This document shows, piece by piece, positions 41,401 through 50,400 of a stretch of DNA of 64,000 nt. The first letter of the stretch is position 1. The number at the start of each line of letters is the position of its first letter. Under the pieces are notes generated by a model. That model was not told the DNA's origin. It saw only the letters and a program-made list of their open reading frames with translations, and ran no database searches. The translations under genes and the position numbers were made by a program. Origin of the DNA: a virus; IMG/VR virus record IMGVR_UViG_3300042860_003408, positions 1 to 64,000 of that record, one strand, 5' to 3'.

Positions 41401-44400
41401 AATATCTAGAGAATTAAAGTGGCTTGTTAAGAATGGCGCTATAACTGTACAGCACAAAAAGAATGGCGTATTCTATAAAAATAAGAAGCTAGATAAATCT
41501 ATATTTAAAGATACTAGAGCTTACTTCATCAAACAATCTAATTTAAACTCAAAAGAATCTCTTGTTAGTGACTATGCCGACACGTCTGCTATTTACAATA
41601 TGGTTGCTGAGCATATGGTGAACACATCCATATCTACAATAGAATTTGAAAAGATATTCTCAAAAGACCCTGCATTCCATAAAGATCCTGATGCTAAGAT
41701 AAAAAGGTTATCTTCTATACTATCAACAGGTACTCCATGTTTATCTGAAACAGGAAGATCCACATTTGTGTCTGCTGAGTTAAATGACAATGAAATACCT
41801 TCTCCTAATTTATCTGAGATAAAATCAAGGATGATTGCTGCTCATGTAAACGAAAGACATGGCGATGAATTAAATATGACTTTTAATGAAATATTAGAGG
41901 CTATTAATTCTGGAAATATGGACGAGATAAATAAGTTATCAGACATCAAAATGATAATGAATATAGTTGATGCTCAGACTGCTGGATATAATAAAGTAAA
42001 TGAAACAGACGCTTCTGTGTTCATATCTCCTGTTATGTATAGAGATATACTTAGAAAATTAGGAAGATGGAATGAAGACTTAAATGAGGCATTTGATTTA
42101 TTGGAATCAGAAGATATGTCTTGGATGGAAGATTCTGCTAAATATCTAAAAGTGATGGAGCTTGCTCTTAATCCGCTTAAGATGATATATTATGGAGATA
42201 AGTTCAGTAATGGGTTAAATATTCCAAAACTAGACAAGATGGCAATGTTCTGTTTATTTAGATCTGTCGCTACAGGTGCAAATAAAGCTCTATATGAAAG
42301 GATGAACAATCCAGAAGATGGTGCAAGCAAAATAGATATGGTCGCATTCTCATCTGCTGTTAAGTCTGGGAATAATAATCCAATAGACTTCTTTGACAAA
42401 GACGGTAATGTATCTAACCTTGATAAGTTTACAGAAGAAATTCAGCACTTTGAATTCCTTAGACATCAGCTTGAAACTGAAGCTCACGAGGAAGAGGAGG
42501 TTGGATTGGCAACTCAGGTTCAAAAAGTTGCAATGTCCAATATAGTGTCAGATAAAGTTTATTCAAATATAACAATAGGCGGAAATAAAGGTGCTACAGG
42601 AAGACAGTTAATAGAGGAATGGTCAAATGCATTAACAGAGATATCTAATAGGGGTAGAAATGATGTAGAGAATGAATTAGGAATTAAATACGAAGGCGGA
42701 GTATTGACTTTCGATAAAAAGAAATTATACGGATTCTTGCATTCAGAGGCAATCAAGTCTAATATGACTGATGATGTCTACGAGACCCTTATGAAGGCAG
42801 CTGAGCCAAATAGCAGGATAACACTTCAGGCCATGGCTGATAGAGATTGGATTGAGAGCAAACTTGTTTCATTTATTATGAAGAAGACTCTTGATGTCAA
42901 TACCCCAGGTGGTGCATTTATTCAGATGTCTACATTTGGTATAAATACACTTACAGACAGCATAACTAGCGAAGGATATAAGCTTAATGGTGGAAGAAAG
43001 TTAAATTACATGAATGCTGACGGAAGCATGGATTGTGTCGTTTCTCTATCATTATTTAAAGATGTTTTGCCAGAGGATGTTAAGTTGATGTCTCCAGTTA
43101 AGCAAAGAGATTGGCTTTTAATGCATAATATAATCGGTCCTGACTCAGATCCTGCTGCATTAGGATATCGTATTCCAACTCAAGGTATGTCATCTGTATC
43201 ATCATTAAAGATTATAGATGTTATCCCTAAGATAATTGGAGATACTATAATTCTTCCAACAGAATTCACTGCGCTCACAGGCTCTGACTTTGACGTTGAC
43301 AAGTTGTATTTAGCTAGATATAACTATGCTAAAAACCCAGCTGGTCGATTCGAAAAGGTTGAGTTTGATGACAACAAGAAAAGTGAGAAGAATCCAGAGA
43401 AGTCTAAATGGCAAGTAAATTCAAATGCTGCTATCCAAAATAGATTGTTGGATGTAATGATGGCTGCAATAACAGAGCCATCTTCTATACATGAAACAAG
43501 GCTTCCATTAGATGCTACTACTAGTGTAATAAAGGACGATATTCTTCCAGACATAGACTCAGTTACTGGCACTGGAGAAAAGCGAGGAGCTCTTATGTTT
43601 ACATCACCTTCATATCAAACAGATAAGAAAGTTGAGTATTCTACAGGCAAGAAGAATTTGGGTATAATGGCACTTGCTAATACAAACCATATTTATACGC
43701 AGATGACTAATCTGACTATAAATCCAAAACAAAGGACAGCCGCTAAACACGGAATATTTGAACTTGGAGGAATATATGGAGCTGACGGAATGCGTATATT
43801 GGACTGGCTATCTGCCATGATTAATGCTCACGTTGACGTTGCCAAAGATCCATATATCATACGACTAGGTGTTAATGAACATACTGTTAATATGGTTGCA
43901 TTCTTACTTAGAGCTGGTATTGGCGGAAACGCATTCTACTTCTTATCACAACCATCTTTAAAAGAGGCTTATGCTGAGGTTGAAGAATTTAATGGCAAAT
44001 ATGAAGTAAATAAAGATTCTGTTAAGAAGTTGCATGAAGTAATAAAGGACAAGCTACAGAAATATAGAGCTATGGCTGCTAGAATTGATGGTGGTAAAAA
44101 CGCTCAATACGTAGAATCTTTATTCGTTGAAGATAAATATGGTAGACGTGATATGCCGACAGGAGATGTACTTAATAGTAGATCTAAATTAAAGTCTGGC
44201 CTAAATAAAGACTTGTCTAATTTTGATTATCTATTGCACCAGATATTGGTAATGGAAACTTATTTAGAATTACTTCCATATTCTAACGAATTATCTGAGC
44301 TTGTCAAATACTCTCAAATTGAGACCAAAAAACAAGGTAAATCATTTATAGCAAATAATGAGTTTATTTCAAAAGTAAATTCATTGATATTGGATGATGA

Positions 44401-47400
44401 TAATGGAACGTCTGTATTTAGTGGCGTAAGAAACTATTATGAATCTACACCATTGATGGCAAGGCTTAGAAATAGCTCTGGGTTAATAGTAGGAATAAGT
44501 CGTGGTTTATTATTTAGAACCTCTAGACAAGTATTATCTATTCTTAACAAAGTAAATATACTTGCAGGAAGAGAAGGTTTTGACAATAGCAAATTCATGC
44601 ATGGCGTATCAAGGTATGTCGAGACGGCAATTAAGGATTCTTTTTATAGAAAATATGCAGAACAAAACGATATAGATATAAATAGCTTGTTCTTTGGAGA
44701 AGACACTGTCGCTAAGGAATTATTCCATATCAAGTCTGCTATAAATAACGGTCATTTACCTGGATATGAAAACAATGTCTTCTTGAAGGTATTGTCATAT
44801 ACTATGCATAGTAAATCAGAGGAGTCTTATCCAGACCATGTTACTATAGACTCATCTGCGAAGGACGATAAAAATATTCAAGAGAAGATAAAGTACTATT
44901 TTTCTGAATTATTAAATCCAATACTTGAAGATGAATCGCAAGAAGGCCTTAGTGAACAAGAAATAAGCGCACTTAAATCTAGAAATAAAGATAGGGTTAT
45001 GCTTAAGGATTTTGCTAAGAGATTCATACTATATCAATTTTATAGCACTGGTGACAATAGCGCATTAAATTACGTTAAATTATCTGAGGATGATAGAATT
45101 TCACTGGAGATTAATTCAGGGTTAGTAGATGCTAATACTGGAGCACCAATCAAGATTGCACTATACGACTTTATAGATGATGTGTTGACGGAACTGAATG
45201 AATTATCATATGAACATACTCCTGGAGTAGCGCTTCAAAATGATGTTAAATTCTTGGAAGATTTGTTCATTAGTAGATGGTGGGATAATGAACTAGTTCC
45301 AACTACCACTGCATATAAAGTAAGAAAAGGTCAATTTGATGAAGATGGGCATCCATTAGTAGATCAGAAACCTAAGAAAATGTCGACTAAAAAGATGCTT
45401 GGTATTGAATATGAATTGGAATTTATAGACACTGCTGCTAGACCTATTGGATCTACATCTGATGGAAAACATCCAGTATTTAAGCCATTCGTTAAGATAA
45501 TCAAGACAGGCACCAATGGAAGACAGTTTGAAATACTATATAAATACATAGGAAACTCGACAAGGTCTAATGCTAAAGGCGATGTGTCTATTAAACCAGT
45601 ATATGTTGCTGTTGACAAAAAAGGTAGCAAAGCATCTGGTCTTGCACTTATAGAGTCTAATTCAAAGACTTCTGTAATAAAGACAAACGAACTTCCACAG
45701 TCAAATATAAATTCATCTATATTCTCGAAAGAGGCTGGATTTGATAAAGTAAGCTGGTTTGATATGTTTATGGGTCTTGAAGATAAGTTCGTTGAGAGCT
45801 TAGGTGCTAGCACAGTAGATAAAGCAGTGACTAATGCAATAGATAACAATAGTTATTCTATGTCTTATTTAGATAATGCTATAGAAGATGCTGGAATTAC
45901 AGATAGCGCAAGGATAGCCTCAATGAGGGAGGAATTCGCTAGAGGCATTTTAAGCCGTTTTAACGAACTCAATTTACCGGATAATACAATTGCCCAGGAA
46001 GATAGAGAAAGTGCCTTAGAAGAGCTTAAAACAAGCGCAGAGGCCTATCTAGGACAATTTATTAGGAAAGTAGAAATGCAACCTAGCAATAATGCTAGAA
46101 GCATTAACATATACGCTGGTACTGGAGAAAATGCAAACTTAAGTAATCTCGCAATAAGACCATTTACTTTGCCAACAGGATCCTCTAGGCTGAATATGAT
46201 TAAGGGAGATATCAGCTTTACTAGCGTAGAGCAAGCGTTCCAATTAGCCAAATACACGTATACTGGAAATGTAAGAGATGATGGTAGCTGGCAGCCGCAA
46301 ATGCTGTCTGGTGGAGGCTTTGGGAATGAGATGTCAAAAGAGGATGATGAGTTCAATTGGAAACTGGCTGGACAAATACAGAACAGTAAAAACCCTGCTG
46401 AGGCCAAAGCCCTGGGAAGACAATTTAAACATTTGGACGTAGATAGATGGAATAAAGCCTCTTCTTCTATCATGAAAGAGTTATTGCTAGAATCATTTAA
46501 ACAAAACCCTGATGCACTTCAAGAATTATTAGCAACTGGGAACGCAATACTTACTCATACGCAAGATAAAGGCAAGTGGAGTACTGAATTTCCTCGACTT
46601 CTTATGGAGGTTAGAGATGAATTAAACGCAGATCTTACTACAGAAGCAGAAGGCGAACAGGATTTAACTAATATTAACGAATCTAGCACGCTTACTGGAT
46701 ATCAAGGAAGAAAGTCTGATGTAGCAGACAATAGAGAATATAATTTCTATTCCACATCAGAAGAGGAGGCCAGGGATTATGGAAGTAATGTTTCTAAAAA
46801 ACGAATAAGCCTAAATAACTTCTTATTTAAAACAGAATTACTACCCAATGGGACGTCTGTCTATACAGAGGCCTATGATAAGATATATAAAGCATTTCAG
46901 GAAAAATATGGATCTCCATTTGATATATTGAATAATGGAACACCAGAAAAAATAGAGCTTATGAATAAGTTCTTTGAAATGGTAAGAGAGGCTGGATTTA
47001 GTGGATATACAGAGATAAGAAAGAATAATAATTTTAGTCAATCAGATAATAGGTATATTGTTACGTTTAATCAAAAGTCTACTGCTAAATCAATTTCGAT
47101 TGCATCTGAATTCACTAATCATTCTGGTGGCGCTTATGGTGCTGACACCTTCTGGGATCAAATTGGTAGAGAATATGGTGTAACTGATAATAGGCATTAC
47201 AGACAAGAAGATAATAAGTCTTTATCTCAAGCGCTTAGAAATAAGAAAGTTGAAGCCACTGTTCTTACAACGGAACAGATGGATAAAGCTAGAACTGAGA
47301 TAGAGAAATTGCTAGGCAAGAAATACCCGGATACAAAAGAAGGCAACCTGCAAGTAAGAAATTATTATCAAGTGTCTAATGCAGATGCTGTATTTGCAAT

Positions 47401-50400
47401 AGCAAAAATATCTGGAGATGCCAAATTTAATTCTGGAACTGTGTTCGGCGGAACAAACACTGCAGTTCAATTAGGAGTTCAATTAGGAAAGCCAGTATAT
47501 GTATGGGATGTAACCTCTGAGCAATGGATGCGGTTTGTTCCGGAAATGCGAAAAGATGATAAGATTGTAGGAAAGTTTGTCCCAACAAGCACTCCTATGC
47601 TCACAAAGAACTTCGCTGGCGTTGGTACTAGAGATATTGAAAACTATAATACTTTAAATAAGACTACTAATCAGTGGGAGCCAAGAAAAGAGTATTTAGG
47701 AATAGAGAAAGAAAATGCCGCAAAACAGGCTATTAGAGATGTGTTTGAAAATACATTTAAAAATCAAGAAAACACTACAGCTAGTGAAGAAGAGCATGAG
47801 TCTACTATAAAATCTATAGAGGGAAAACAAGAATCGTTAAGTAAGCAAGACCAGGAAACTGTTAATGAAGTATTTAATGATGGAGGAAAACCTAAGATAC
47901 TTATAGCCAGCGAGACGTCAGACCCAGTATTCCATGTTAAGAAAATAAAAGAAATTGTAGCCAACAGAAAGACTAATGGGGTAAATGCAATGTATCTTAT
48001 AACAAAACATGACGGACTCCCATTGAAAGAATTGGCTGAATTAAAAATTCCTAAATTCTATCACTTCAGCATAACTACTCTTGGCGGCACTAAGTATGAG
48101 CCAGGCGTTATGAAATACGACGACTTATTAGATAGGATTGAGACATTTATAAAAGAAGGCCTTTTAAATCCAAATCTAATAACAGTTAGGATTGACCCTA
48201 TCATTCCAGGAGTTACTAATTTTGATGACGTAGAGCGTGTAATAAAGAGAGCGTCAGAAATGGGAATTAGGCAGATTAAGTTCAGTGTAATGGATAGCTA
48301 TTCAGGATCTAAAAACGATAGATTTATAGTAGCTAAAATGAAGGAACTTGGCTACGATTTTGCAGCATATAAAACAAATGACAATATTAAATTTAGCGCT
48401 AAACAGGAGATAATAGATGAATTAAGTGTTAAAATGCGCGATCTTTGTAAGAAATATGGAATACGACAATTAAGTTCTTGTGCTGAAAAAGTAAACGTAG
48501 ACGGAGTTCAAAAATTAGGTTGTTTAAATGTTCAATCTATAAACGCTGCGATGGGAAGGACTGATGTTACTCATGTCCAAGGAAATCAAAGACAAGATTG
48601 TAGTTGCTACGGGAATAAGGTGGATGCATTAAGATATAATGATAAATGCGCAAGTAGCTGTGTATATTGCTATGCAGGACATAACAGTGTTGTTTCGCTT
48701 AAGTATTATAATGAGGATGGTAGTCTAAAGGTAAATGATTTTACGAAGACATCAAATACTGAACAAGCAATTATCGAGCCGGAAGTGACACAAGAAAGAT
48801 TCACTGAATTTGGGACTACGTATGCTTTTGGATTTGTTGACGGAAAAATGACTTCGGCAATGTATCAGCAAGGAAATGGCGAATTTAATAATATGAATAT
48901 GTTATCTGCAGAGAAGGCATATTCTAGATTGAAATCAAAAAGTGAAAATGCTGTCGTTAGTGAAGTAACGCCTGATACTCCATCAGAAGCTGATATAAAT
49001 CTATTTGGAAAAGATATTGACTTAAGTAAGATTGGTATTCCTTATCAATTAAACGATGAGCAAGAAGCTGCATTGAAAGCAATAGAAGCATGGGTTAAAG
49101 ATAAAACAATAACTACCCCATTCTCGCTATTAGGCTCTGCTGGTTCTGGTAAAACATCCATAACTAGAGTACTTATAAATGCACTTAGCAATGCTGAGAT
49201 TACATATCAATTATTAGCTCCAACACATAGAGCTAAAGGTGTATTATCTAGAGCTACTGGCAAGAAAGCTAAAACATATCATGCTTACTTTCAATTAGTC
49301 CCAGAGGCCAGAGAGGTTGGTATGAAGCTTGAGTTTGGCGGAGCTACTAATTATGAATCTAATGTAGATCTATATATAATAGATGAGGTTTCTTTAATCT
49401 CAGATAAGAGTGTAGATGAAATACTTAAAGTTGCGGAAGCTACTGGAGCTAAAGTATTGTTTATTGGAGATCATGCTCAGTTATATCCTGTTGGAAATAC
49501 TGACGCAAAAGGAATGCCTAAACAATCAATTGGGTTAGAATCTCCAACCAGCATAGTTCTTAATAAGGTTATGCGTGTTGCGAATGGAAATCCATTAGCA
49601 GATGTATTAAGTATTATGAGAATGTATCAGGCTCCTGGGCTTATGAATATCAATGGAACTGAATATAATTTTACCGACCAGTCTAAAGCAATCTTCTCTA
49701 AGAGAGATGCATTTAACGACCAAGGCGGCGTTGTATTTGTAGGCGAAGCTGATAGAGCGAAAGCAGTAGAGCAATTTGTTGATATGTTCTTTACGTCAGA
49801 AGACTATTCTAAGGATGTTAATTTCGCTAAGATATTGGCATTTAGAAATGATGTAATAGACTCAATGAATGCCTATGTTAGAGCTAAATTAGGAAAGAAA
49901 GGATTGATTGAGGTTGGAGAACAAGTCATAGGATATAGTCAAATAAAGGCTGGAAAGGTAGACTTGGTTGCGAACGACGATGAATATGTTGTTGACAGCA
50001 TAGGAGCTCCTAGAGAGATTACGTCATACGCAGTGCCTGGAGTAACATTGAAAGTTGTTCCAATAGAAATACGAATGACTACTGGTGCTTCCGCTGGAGG
50101 CGTATTTAATTTATTAACTGATTATAGCGAAGAGAATATGCTTGCAATACGAGCGGCTATTCTTAAGCGGAAACAGGAGATAAGTAATATGGACTATCAA
50201 GAAAAAAGAGAGGCTAATAGAAACTTCTTTATTGCATTGACTAAAGATTTCATTACGCTTAAACCTATAAAAAATAGCTTAACTGATAACGAAAATGCGT
50301 CAAATAATTTAAAGGATAGAACTATTGGATTTACATACGCATCTACAGTACACAAAGCTCAAGGCGGAGAATATCAAAACGTTCTTGTTCTTGATTCGGA

